From Trichoplax adhaerens (taxonomy: Eukaryota; Animalia; Placozoa), in the NCBI RefSeq assembly GCF_000150275.1, contig NW_002060944.1, forward strand, positions 5,617,102-5,681,101: DNA of 64,000 bases. The letters run 5' to 3'. Below, piece by piece: positions 43,801 to 56,700 of this stretch. Under the pieces are notes generated by a model. The model ran no database searches. It saw nothing but the letters and a program-made list of their open reading frames with translations, and was not told the origin of the DNA. Every line of letters begins with the position of its first letter. The stretch's first letter is position 1. A program made the translations under genes and the position numbers.

Positions 43801-46800
43801 TAGGCCCGACAGAGTTTTAGTGATAGTATACAAAACTGCTGCGTCTTAGCAAAATAGTTTAAAATAAGAAATCATTTAATAAAATCATGTAATTTTATGA
43901 AGGTAGAATACGATTTTACAATACTAGACCCAGGAATCGAGTTTGAGGATACTCACAACTTCCCGAATGGAACAGGTAGTTTCAACGCTCTTAAGGTACA
44001 GGAATAGCCTATCACCCTTTTATCATTGTTCGAAGCTATTTCTAGTTAATTTTAACTCCATAAAGCTTATATTATACAAAAAATATCAACTTTTATCATT
44101 GTTCAACTAAATTTTATCTCATAGACAATTGTATCTTCCAAACATAACCGTCTGCTAGAGCACCCACTACCTGCTAAACTTCTCGATACAAAATGGTAGA
44201 TCACTACTTCTTTCACAAATAATTATCAAAATACTTATTCAGAATTCAGTCATTCTTAAAAATGTCAAGTATCATTTTAACGTTTCCTAATTACAATATA
44301 GGTCCAGATTTGGTCGTCATGTTTATTGGAGCAACTTAGCCGTTTATATTTCCTTTGTCTTTGCATTTAGCGTCTATGTTATAGAAGTAACAAGATACAA
44401 GCAAAGCTTATTTCCAGAGGTTAAATTCATAGGCTTTGAAAGAAATAGTTCAGTAAGCACAGTTAAGCCATCTACAATTCCATCCACTGTCAATCATACT
44501 ACTCATAATCCAATCAACACCACAACGATTGATGTGGTAAGTTTAGTTCTAAGTCCTTTGTCGATTTGGCAGGCTTTGTAGCGTTTCTAAATCTACTGTA
44601 GAGTGATAAATTCTATTAGTCGACAGCTTTTCGGAGTATCTTCCATTGAATAATATTTACATTAATCCAGGTAAATAATCAATATTATAATTTTTTAACT
44701 CAGGTCTTACAAGAAAAGATACCATTGCTAATTTTCCTTCGAATGTGGATCGGTATATTTTCGGGAATCAACATATTACGAGAGATCTTTCAACTTTACC
44801 AAGAGGTAAAAGCTATATGATTGGAATTGTTTATGATTAAACTATTCAATTCTTAGAAGTATCAATTGAATTAATAAATAATTTTTAATTATAAGAGATA
44901 GAAGATGGAATTTAGAAAATATCAAATCTAATTTGTTTCACTTTACAGCGTCTTAATTATTATTTAAACCGAGAAAATTACGTGGAACTCGCATTGCACA
45001 TCATAGTCCTCCTATTTATTACCAATTCTAACCTTAATGGATATTTTTGGTGTATCGGAAGCTTAGCTATTCAACTCTCTTTCATGGATTTAGTTTTATT
45101 TTTAAGAAAGTAAGGATAAGAATAGAACGCTTACGAGTATGGTTAAACCAGCAGCTCTGTTAATCCGTTAGTCCTTCTCTTACAGAAATTATTTTTAAAC
45201 CAGTACGATATTCTTCTAGTAATTGTTGTAAATATTCATGATTATCATCTCTAGGCTTCCGTATATTGGGAAATATGTAGTTATGATGCGATCTGTAGCT
45301 ATTACTGCTTTAAAGGTATATGTATATATTGGTAGACATAAGTAAATGTTGATAAGCTACTGCAATATAAAATCTTTACTAGTTGCTCCACTCGGTTGTT
45401 CAAGATTTTTATTTACTCCGTTATTGCAGCTTTACTATTACAGTAAATTTAATACGCAATAGTAAATTTGAATTTTTTTGATCATTTCGATTAAAATTAT
45501 CGATAATCGATTTTTGATTTAGGTTACTATCATTGCTGTCATTCTGATGGTAGGGTTCGCTATTAGCTTTGGTATGCTTTGTAATCAACAGGTTAGTAAA
45601 TATTCTATTGACTGATATTTGGCATTAGCTTTACATACATGATGTACAGCACTATATTTGCTAAGGTTAATATGTAAAAATACTAAGATCAGAACTTTAC
45701 TCAAGACCAATTAGAACATCAAACAGATACAAGTATACCCTAGTGCCGTAATTCCTTATTGGAGATCAATCTGTTCAAAGCGTTTGCTTTTTTAAACTTT
45801 TACAAGTAGTCTTATATACTTTTCCAGCTATCACGATGATAACGAGAATTAATAATTAAGCCAACTCACCATATATTTGAAAATAACCGCCAAAATACAA
45901 TATAGCATTCTTACTGATTAATCAATTTGCCTTATAAAACTAGGATTGCATAAAAAATACCTAATGTTCTGTTATCGCGTTATTTCGAAATAAAAGCGAC
46001 AGTAGTAGGAAGATAATTATTTATTCATCAGTTATGATTGCATAGACTTTGCATTCTGATGACAAGATTTGTACTTTCTATGCAGATAATTTCAGACAAT
46101 CACAGATTGTCAGTTTATTCAATTTCTATTCGTATGTAACAGAGCTTGCATAAGTAAAATAGAAATACAATTAAAGAAGCCCATAAGCGAATTTCTAATA
46201 TTCACTTTATGTAGGCGGCTTTCCACACTTTCGGATTATCATTTACTAAAGTTGTCGATATGACGGTTGGAGAAATCGACTACGATACGTTATTATCCGG
46301 TATAAGTACTGGTGTCATAACTTATCCGAACAGCTACGTGCTAATTCTCGTTCTAATGGTCTTCATTTTCTTAATGCCTATCCTAATTATAAATTTAATG
46401 GTGAGTTATCAACACGAGCATAATTCTAAGATAAAAATAACGTTACTGTGTTATCGCAACATTCTTAGTTTCACTTATCAGAGTTATACAAATGCTACCT
46501 TTACATAGCGTGTACCACTCTGCGCGCATATACTTACGTGTAATTTACTATGTATTGCACATTATTTAATGACATTTTGGCCGTTAGCGTACATCAGGAA
46601 TAATATGATTTGAGTTAGTTACAAGTAGAAATCTTCATTATCCGATTTCATAGGTCGAAACTAGCCTATTATAGTCACTTAAATTATTGCAAATAATTAG
46701 TTACTAGCCATTCGAAATCTGTTATGATATTGTACTCTTTGAATCTGCGATTTTGCCTTGTATAGATTGGCTTAGCCGTTGACGACATTGCTGAAATAGA

Positions 46801-47337
46801 GAAGGCGGCTGCTCTTCAACGGTTAGCCGATTTAACCGAATTCTTCTATAATATCGAAAGAGCAGTACCTACCTACTTTCGGCGATTTTTTGCCTTAGAT
46901 AAAATCACTTGTATGGAAACTAAAAGAAACGGTGTAAGCAACACTGTCTCATAGTAAAATGATAGATTTAACATACTTAAATATCTATTACAACTACTCT
47001 TTAACCATAAAGTACCACTTTTACTGGTAATATATCAATCAGTGATGATCAGATTATGTATTGAATTTCTAGAATATGATTAAAGAGGATAAGAAGGATT
47101 TGATACAAGATCGCATTAATTTCATTCGAGACATAAATGACAAGCTGGAATCACAAGATTTAAAGTAATACTGTAGTACAACATAATAAATATTTTTATT
47201 AAATACCTATCTTGAAAACCATAATTCGTTCATACCTATATTTATGCTATTTCAGGTTAGAAAATCTGGATTTACAGTTTGATATCATTCAACAAAATCT
47301 TGAAAAACTACTTCATCAATCATCACGAAATGATTGA
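37844..47337 (+). CDS. TRPA1-like: TRPA1-like channel, paralog 4
   Basis: 30-codon first exon 37844-37933 (MELESMQLTSP...). Ankyrin exons span 38299-42934, followed by LLEHPLPAKLLDTKW, filter DMTVGEIDY and S6 IGLAVDDIAEIEK (exon from 46766). Ends QSSRND-TGA at 47337. In frame throughout. Confidence 0.93.
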
Positions 47338-48719
47338 AGGCCACTAATTGATTGATTTTTTCTAAGATTATTGTTTAATATATTAATAATATGCACTTTA
47401 ACATCACAAATTGGTTCTAAATGGATTATCTGTTTTCAGTAATTCCTGTGTCTTTATTTTTTCTTATTTCCTAACAATAACGAACAAAAATTACATTATT
47501 TATCACTATTACTTGCAATTATACGTATTATTATTATAATAAATGGCTTCATCATACGAATATACTTGATAGACTTGATATAATATTATTTATTACCTAT
47601 TTATTTATGCCATTCTGACATGTTACGAAATTATAAAACCATTCCATCAAGTGAATATATTCAAATAATTTAATTTATAGTTTTATTCAAATCTTTAATT
47701 CTTTGCACGTTTCCTTAAATGATACCCGATATGAATAATTCCATCATGTGAATATCTAATATTACGCGATGCTATACCTGCGTATAGCTCGTGACTGATT
47801 TCTAACTACGGTATGGTACGGTATAGTACTGAAGATGTAATTACTGCTGTATAAAACATAAACATATATAGCTGTATGTTATAATGTTATATATGTTTAT
47901 ACCGCAGATGCGCTGATATGTGTTTTGTAAGGTACTTTTCTGATATGAATACAAAGCATCAGTTGCGCTGACACTGTTAGTCTGCTACTGATAAAGATAG
48001 TTTTAGTTTAGTAGCAGCCTACTTGCTCAGCTCTTACATACTGCACAGTAAGCTAGACCACATACGATACTGTATGCTACATAAATCAGTTAACTTAATT
48101 ATTAAAGAGAGAAAAGTACGCACTATGCGCCTCTTGATATTGCACATTCACGTTACTACAGTTTCATTTATTGCTAGTAGACCCTCGCTCGTTACACTGC
48201 GCGTACTATACTTAATAGAAGATCATAAAATTAATTGAAAATTTACAGCGCTACGTAGACTGTAGTGCTGTACTGCATCTTTTAACTTACTGTAAGATTT
48301 CAAGAAATCAAGATTGAAATTTAATTTGATATATTTTTTTATGTCGTTATAAGTTATAATGATCGGAATACTGTACTCTAATAAATAAAAATAGTACGCG
48401 TATATGCAGTATCTTAATTATAATCAGATAGATTTGTATGTCCATACATATAATGTGCTCAGTCATCAACAGTATCCTACCATATTCTGTGCGAAATATA
48501 TCAAGCGAGCTTACTAGTGCCCAATCTAAATGATACGAACAGTACTAAAGGGATTGAAAGTTTTGAAACTAAATTAAAAGGTAATTCATGGCCCAAGTAT
48601 ACAGGTATAGCATTGTTTAGAAACAGTGTCGTGTTAAGCAGTATGTTGTACCTATAGTATCTTGTAATATATAGACTTCCTCTGGTAGTAATACGTACTG
48701 TAGTGTTCGATGGCAATGT

Positions 48720-49210
48720 CTTTCTTGGCTTGAATTAGTAGACAAGAGACGCTTTTCAATTAGCTAGTACTGTACTGTGCCATATACTGAGCAAATCACA
48801 TGCACAGTGAGCCATCATATTACACCATATATATTATGCAGTAACCGAGAACAGGTATAGTAATATCGAGTAGTCGATAGTAAGGTCTCCCTTGGCTTAA
48901 ATTAGTAGACAAGAGACGCTTATGGACCGTATACCGATGAAATGGCATGCACAATTCTAATTAGCGATCATACTACACCATATATATTATGCAGCAACCG
49001 AGAACAGGTGTAGTAATATCGAGTAGTCGATAGTAAGGTCTTCCTTGGCTTAAATTAGTAAACATGAGACGCTTATGGACCGTATACCGATGAAATGACA
49101 TGCACAATTCTAATTAGCGATCATACTACACCATATACATTATGCAGTAAGCGAAAACAGGTAAAGTAGTATCGAGTAGTCGATAGTAAGGCCTTCGTTA
49201 GCTTGAATCA
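48720..49210. repeat. 153-bp tandem repeat, ~3 copies, between paralogs 4 and 5
   Basis: The motif gagtagtcgatagtaagg starts at 48868, 49021 and 49174 (period 153). Units are highly similar, with a degenerate partial unit from ~48720. Confidence 0.9.
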
Positions 49211-50127
49211 ATTAGAAATAGTAGGAGTTTAAGCTTTAGCAAGTGTGTGAAAAGTGAACGTCCAATCGTCCATGACCAAATCAATTCAACATAAATTTCA
49301 ACGAATGACGTCATATGCTCCTATTGATTGACATTCAGTCCGTCATTCGTCTATACGGGTTATGGCTATTCTCTTCCTCTTCTAGCCTTCGGTACTATAG
49401 TGCCGCTACTATACAGTAAACTTAGATGGATTAACCTAGACTCTTATAAGACTAACATCTGTGTTGATATACGAGTTGATTATTGACTTGTTTGTTTTGT
49501 TTTCTAGCCTCAGTTGGCTTGGCTTCAGCCGCGTAATAATACAACAATACAATCCGCCAACTGCTTGATTTTCAAACGATTCACTCTACAGTGTTCGTGT
49601 ACACTGGCTTCAGCTACAGGAAGGATCGTGCTCATTTTAGTTGACTTGAACCATTCTAGGAAAGGGCTTGTTCGATCATTGCTACCTCTAGTATAGAGTC
49701 AGGAAGAAGATTGGCGAGAAAAATTGATGGTCTTGGAAAATAAATCTTCCATGTAAGTCATTAATAACGACATGTACACTGGTACAATGTACTTTAAATC
49801 AATTTTTCTTATGTTAGGTCCATGATTTAAATGAATTATCGCAATAGTAATATTTACTGAACCTTCATCTACCAGCACATACAATATCAAGTCATTTTAA
49901 TTGCAATAAAGGAAGTTGATTTTTTACATCGAAATTGGAAAACGAAGGTAAACATGCTGCTGTACAGTACTTCTGGCAGATATTTTACGAATATGGATCA
50001 TTCAATAAAAGTGTTTATCAATCCTATCGTGTAGATGCACTAGTGTTGATCATTAATAATATAGATTACAATACAGTAACGGTACAGTTTATATAAGTTA
50101 TGGCATCAGAAGGAATATCTTTTAGTA

Positions 50128-50395
50128 GTGCCTGGTAAGAAGTTACTTCATGGCATGGCATTGAATGTCATACTTAAACATCAGCTGGTGTTGATCCTAA
50201 TTGACTACAGCACACTACTATACAAATAACTGCAAGTTGTTAACCAGTATAAATTATCGTATAGTAAAACGAGCATCTTCTTAAGTAGCCTGTGGTAAGC
50301 AGTTACATCATGGCATATCGTTCAATAGAGTATTTTATTGAAGTCCAATTTCATACTTAACATGAACTGGTGTTGGTATTAATTGACTACCGTCA
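50128..50395. repeat. Degenerate direct duplication upstream of paralog 5
   Basis: gcctg(t)ggtaag.agttac.tcatggcat...tcatacttaa.cat.a.ctggtgttg.t..taattgactac occurs twice (~50130 and ~50288). Confidence 0.6.
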
Positions 50396-50738
50396 AAATA
50401 AAGCCGAGTTGTTGATCCATTCTGGCATAGTAAGGAGTTCATCTTGGTATATACGATATGCCATAAAATCAACTTTGATACTTTCATTGAATGTATGGTA
50501 ACTTGACTAGATGAAATAGACTTCAAGTCAATCTTAACTGACATTATTACAAGAAATGAGCGATATGAGCATTCTTCTTTTTATAGTCCTATCTTAACTC
50601 CCTTGTTGTTTATTAGATTGATGGTATATTTTGGCTTATTATGCTTAAGTTTAGGTTGATTAAGGAAAAGTGTCAATTGACTACCAAATTAAGTAGGAGA
50701 CATTCTTTTGTACAACCCAATTGGATTTAACTGACAAA

Positions 50739-53700
50739 ATGCGAGAAAATAGAAAATCAAGAATAACATCAGCGCGATTACCCAGTGTCCATGATATATT
50801 TTGGGTACGTATCTATGTTTCATTTCGATTTTTTAAAACTCCCTTGAGATAGAACTCATGATATCAGATAGTATTCTTCTTCATATCGAGTCTACATACT
50901 CTTCTTTCCACATCCTTGAAGCACCAGTAAGGCAGATAAATACAAGCAACTTTTATTCACCATCTAGATCCATTGCTTTTATTTCTGTATTGAAATCAAA
51001 ATTATTTGTGTGCGTCATGGTACAACTGTAATAGTTATTCGCACGTAAATGATAAAGGACAATAATTCACTTGGTCGAAATTAGACGGTAGAAACGATAG
51101 TATCAAATACGCACACAGCAGTATAAACGTTCTTGAAAAACATCCAAGACTTGTTTACCACTAGCATAAATCTCTAGTAAACGATACTGTAATAAGGGAC
51201 ATGAACTAAATATTCTAAGTAACCTGATTTTGATTTGTCCAACGATCGTATGAATTCAACTCGATTCATGTAGCAATCTGATATCCATAGAATCGCTGAT
51301 TTGTCACGAATTTTACAACGAGTATTGTAATACAGTACTTTGCTCTTCATCAACATAATTCATATCGCCAGTTCAAAATTGCTTAGTGAACTCACCGAGA
51401 AAGAATCATAGGTAGTATTTATTAACGCATCTGGTACATCTTTATTGATAATCTTTATCCTGAACAACGTTATAATATCTTAATTAAAAGCATGTATCAC
51501 AAATAGTACACGAAGTTAAATTCAATAGACAATGTATATATATGAACTAGACATAAAATAATTGCTACAATGTTACAAGCTACTTTGATATTTTTCTGAT
51601 TCAAAATTTTAGGCAGCCAAATCCGGAGATATTGAACTTATAGAAAAATGTTACAAATCCTCCAATATCAGCGAAATACAAGCAAACGATCGATTTGACC
51701 GAAGGGGATTCGCACCATTACATTACGCAGCACAACAAAATGAAACCGATATGATTCATTACCTATTGGAAAATAAAGCAGGTATCCGTCATGACGGTTA
51801 TTTCTACATTCTATCAATTCCAGCTATCAATATTATACAGTATTCCATAAATTTCTTCAATCAGCTACCGTTCTTGATCCCGCCGTTTAAATTATATTTT
51901 TTTCTCTAAAATCAAGACATGCACTCTTCTAATTAACCTCATGCAATGCCTGTATACGTATTTGCTCTAACACAGTGTTTATTCATTTTCATATTGTCTA
52001 GATGTCAATATTCGAGGTTATGATGATTTAACCCCTCTTCATGTTGCTGCTAAATATAATAGCCTAAGCGCTGTGCGCGTTTTGCTAGATAATGGTGCAG
52101 AAGCCGATGCAAGGGACATTGATGATAGCATACCATTACATGAAGCGGTCAAAATGGGTAATTTAAAAGTGTGCAAGGTTAGTTAAACTGGTATTTTTAA
52201 CTTACAGAAAAAATATGAATTTATCAATTTATATTCTTAGCAGTCTAAGTATCACCTACAATTATCTCTTATTATAATTATGAACAGGAATTTCTTAATC
52301 GCCAGCCATCTCTGATTAATGTAACCAATAAAGATTTACAAACTCCTCTACATATTGCTTGTTTAAGGGGAAAAATTGGTGTATGCCAGTTATTAGTTAA
52401 TAAAATTGTAAGTAAAATATTACTTAATTGCAAGAATCTAACTGAGCTAGATACTACTGACAATACAATGCGATCTATAGTGCTTTGCTTGAATCATTAA
52501 GATTAAGATATTTTACAATAAAATTGTTGATCAATTACGGTATTTATTCATTCATATATTGAAAACATAGTCGGTCGGTCTAAGATATTAATGCAATTTT
52601 GATCAGGTCAGTACTTCCAGCGAGTTATTGAAAACAGCAATTGATGGTTGCATGCCGATACATTACGCCGCAGAGCAAGGTAACGTACAAATCATCGAGA
52701 CTTTGCTCGATGCAGGTTCTGCACAGGGTATCAATTTCGATAAACAACTCCAAAGTACTGATAAAGAAGGTCGAACGGTCTTATATCGTGCAGTTCAAGG
52801 TGGTAAAAAATCAGTAAGTATTTTTGATATAATCGTCATATCGATAAGAAACTAGCAAGTTAAGACTAAGTTTCTGGCATAAATACAGTACTTTATATTG
52901 ATAATTCGTCAACCTTTCTCAAAATACCGAATTTTAGTCTGTATTAGCCTGCCTTGAACATGTGCAGGATATATCCGCTGTTAAGGTATGCATTTCATCG
53001 GTATTTTAAAACTGATCCATCTTTTGCTAATGAAATCTTCTACGTATAAACATCTTTTAACACCGATAAATAGATTTCTAAATTTGTAAAAACTTAAGTA
53101 ATTCTTCTGTATTATCTTAACGCAACAAATTATCCACAACATAGATGGATGGGATGACCGTTCTTCATGAGGCAGCATCTGGAGGCTTTGCTGATATTAC
53201 AGATATCTTACTCAAGCATGGAGTATCTATCAATGCTCAGGATGAGCTTGGAAAAACAGCTCTCCATGCTGCTTGTGGTTATGGTCATATCAAAGTGATA
53301 AAAGCCTTACTTGATGGGGTAAGCATAATCTCTGGCAATCAACTTACACTGAGTGCTCTTACAGCGGATAATTTTAGATACGCTTATATCGCAACTCTAT
53401 CCTATCTAAAATGAATATACACTCTTAAATATAGTGTATTGTTGTTACCCCTATTTAGAGGCTGAATTTGGAAGTTATATTGCTACAACTACTTTTACAA
53501 TCTGCCTCATGCGTTAATTGACGTTTACAGTAAAGGAAAGCATTAAATAATTCCTCCTAGCCATTTTGTTGTTCTTAAGACAACAAACAACTGCATTCTT
53601 AAATTTTACTACTGTATGAACACATACTTTTAAAAAATTAGCAGTGCATTAAGCTTGTAGCAACATTGGCTATGCCTTGCTACTAATTTAATATTTTCAC

Positions 53701-56700
53701 ATTATAATTATACTCTAACTCAAGAGTTATACATTTCTAATTACGAAAGTTTGAATGCCATGATAGCCGCTACGCAAAATTTGAGTAAAGGCCATTTAAT
53801 ATACCATAAAATGAACAGTTTTCACGATTGCGTGAAATTAATTACTAATTTTATGGAATTGTTATGGATTAATAATTGTAGCCACCATATCTAAGGGCTG
53901 CGATGATACATTATCTGATATTAGCGCTTAATAAGTACGGTACAGTGTATACTATATAGACGCCAGTACTGGTAAGTTGAGCTCTGTTATCATATTTTAA
54001 ATCCATTTAAACTTGTTTTACGCTTTTTTACTAACGTCCATTTCCATAAAGCAAATAAAAACATTTGCTTTTAGAATCAGTAAATCTCGTATGATTACTA
54101 TATCTAGTGGTATGCTAACGGTCTCAGCGGTAAAAGAATACCCCAAAATATATGCGTGTATATAATACGTATTATTTCAGCTATATCATTTTCGTTAAAA
54201 TTAACCGTGTTAATGCCATCCTAATCGTGCTGATCTTTCGTTCATATTTTTAATCATAGGGTGCTGACATGCGGCTAGCTGATAGTAGACGCAGAACACC
54301 ATTACTTTTTGCAATAGAAAACGGCCAACTTGATGTAATCAAATTTTTATTAAAGCAAATTCCAAAAGTTGACTGTGTCGATGTGCAAGATAAGAATGGC
54401 TTGCATATAGCTGCAAGTCATGGTTATATTAGAGTTTTAACATATTTGATCATGGTAAAGCGATTTATTTATAAAATACGATAGATAATACTCAAAGTGC
54501 AAGTTTATACGGACAATAATTAACCTAAATCAATTTATGTAATATAGAAAGGAGCCAGATCTCATGTTAACAACAAGGATGTCTTTGGGAGAACGCCAAT
54601 ACATTATGCTGCAGATGAAGGCTATACCCAAGTACCGCCATACGATACAATCTTTACATATATTTTAATTACAGTATTTGTAGGCATAGCCAATTTTAGT
54701 GAATCATTCCATTTTATCTTGAAATTTGACAGATTGTAGACATTCTCTTTAGTAATGGGGGAGACCTCAATTATTCCGACATTGATACCAACACACCTCT
54801 ACACCTAGCTTGCAAGTAAGCCATATTTGACATTAACCTAAATAGTTCGAACAGATATATACTCCTTTAGATGCTGTTAACACTATGATCCCTTAAATAG
54901 TATAATTTTTCTTTTGCGTTTTCTTAATTTACGAATTCTAATTAAAGAAAAGGCGAATTTTCCTGCGTTAAATTGATATGCGATAAGTCTCTGGCTCAGT
55001 TGAATATGTATGGAGAGCGTTCTCGTACTCCATTGCACTTGGCAACTATAAATAACCATGCAAATATCGTAGAATATCTTCTTCAACGTGGAGCTGATAT
55101 TAATAAAAGGTTTAATTGTGTCGCTTAAAGCAATTACGAAAATAAGAATTAGTAAATGTTAGCACATCACTTATTACATAATCGAAATTCAAAATATTTG
55201 TCAAATTTAACTAGATCCGCAAGATATTTTACGTTATATTCGTAATATAAGTTACTGTGTTGTAATGAGATCGTAGAAATGTGCAGCTCTATGTCCACCG
55301 ATCAATACTTTATTGAGTATTAATTGCGTAGCAATAGCTAGGTTATTGGGGAGGCCTATGTCCATTTTTGGCTTCTTACGTTGCAGAATAACAGCCTGTA
55401 AAATGTATCTATTTATGATTATAAGTTTTATTTCTACAGAGATGGTAGCTATTTTACCTCACTGGATATAGCCATCGATCGAGGATATATTGAAGTTGCC
55501 GAAGTTTTATTAAGTAACCGCGCTAATGTTAACTTAACAAACAGCAACCAGGTATTACTTTCAAGGCGGGTGTTCCATCTTGCAATCTAAAGCTAACAGC
55601 CACTGCGGTCCATTGAATGTCTATTTTACAGGATACGCCACTACACATTGCTGCTAGAAAAGGTGATATCAAAACCTTGGAATTACTGCTTCACAAAGGT
55701 GGAGAGATTTTCGCTCTCAATAAAGATAATATGACATGCCTTGATCTTGCCATTGATAACGCCAATAAAGATGTTGCACTGTTACTTGTGAACCAGAAAG
55801 GGTACTAGTATAGCTTAAAAATATTAATTTGTTATTTATTTTTAGTAAAGACTGTCTAAAAATTCAATTTCTAGATATGAACTATCATTATGAAGCTAAA
55901 ACGCATTTAGTTTTAGCTAAACCTTTTAAATATTTATGATTTTAAGATCTTGCTAGCATAAGTTAATTTCTTTCTTGTTGTCTTTATGTTGAATTTTTGA
56001 TTATAGAGCTAGAAGCATTTTGATGAGAACGGACTCTAAGGGATGGACTGTCATGCAACGTTTAGTTCAAAAGTTACCAGAAGTAGCAAAGGTAAATTGG
56101 ATAATTTATGACAGTATATTTTAGCACAATTCAATTTATACAGATTCTTTTCCGTTAGGCCATCATGGATCAGTGCGTAGAATATTCTGGTCGAGACCGA
56201 ATTGCATACGAATACAAAGTAAATATTTATTTTTTACTTGTTAAATTTTAGCTATCTATGAAAAAAACTTTCTTAACTATAGTTCACTAATTATATATCT
56301 TAAAATCTTTACAATAATTATAAGATGAAATGCGATTTTACATTTATTGATCCTGGACCAGACTTTGAGGAAAATCATACTATTGAAATTAGAAACAAAA
56401 TGGTTATTCCAAATCATAACGCACTACAAGTTTGTATTTTGATATTTATTCTAGACGCTAATGATTGTATTATTCATTATGATTATCACACTTTATGTAT
56501 TCTAACATTTCCTACAACAGACAATGAAAAGATTCAAACGGGGTGAATTATTAAATCATCAACTATCTAAGGTTCTCTTGGACAGTAAATGGTAATAGAA
56601 ATAACTTCTTAAATTGACCAGAAAAACTAGACGCTACACGTTTTACCAAAATTAAAGATATTATAAAATATCTATTTTTCCTACTCCTCAAGTCATTCCC

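Noticed and set aside
48720-49210. CRISPR-like array
   Set aside because: Whole 153-bp units repeat with no unique spacers, there are no cas genes, and the context is eukaryotic.
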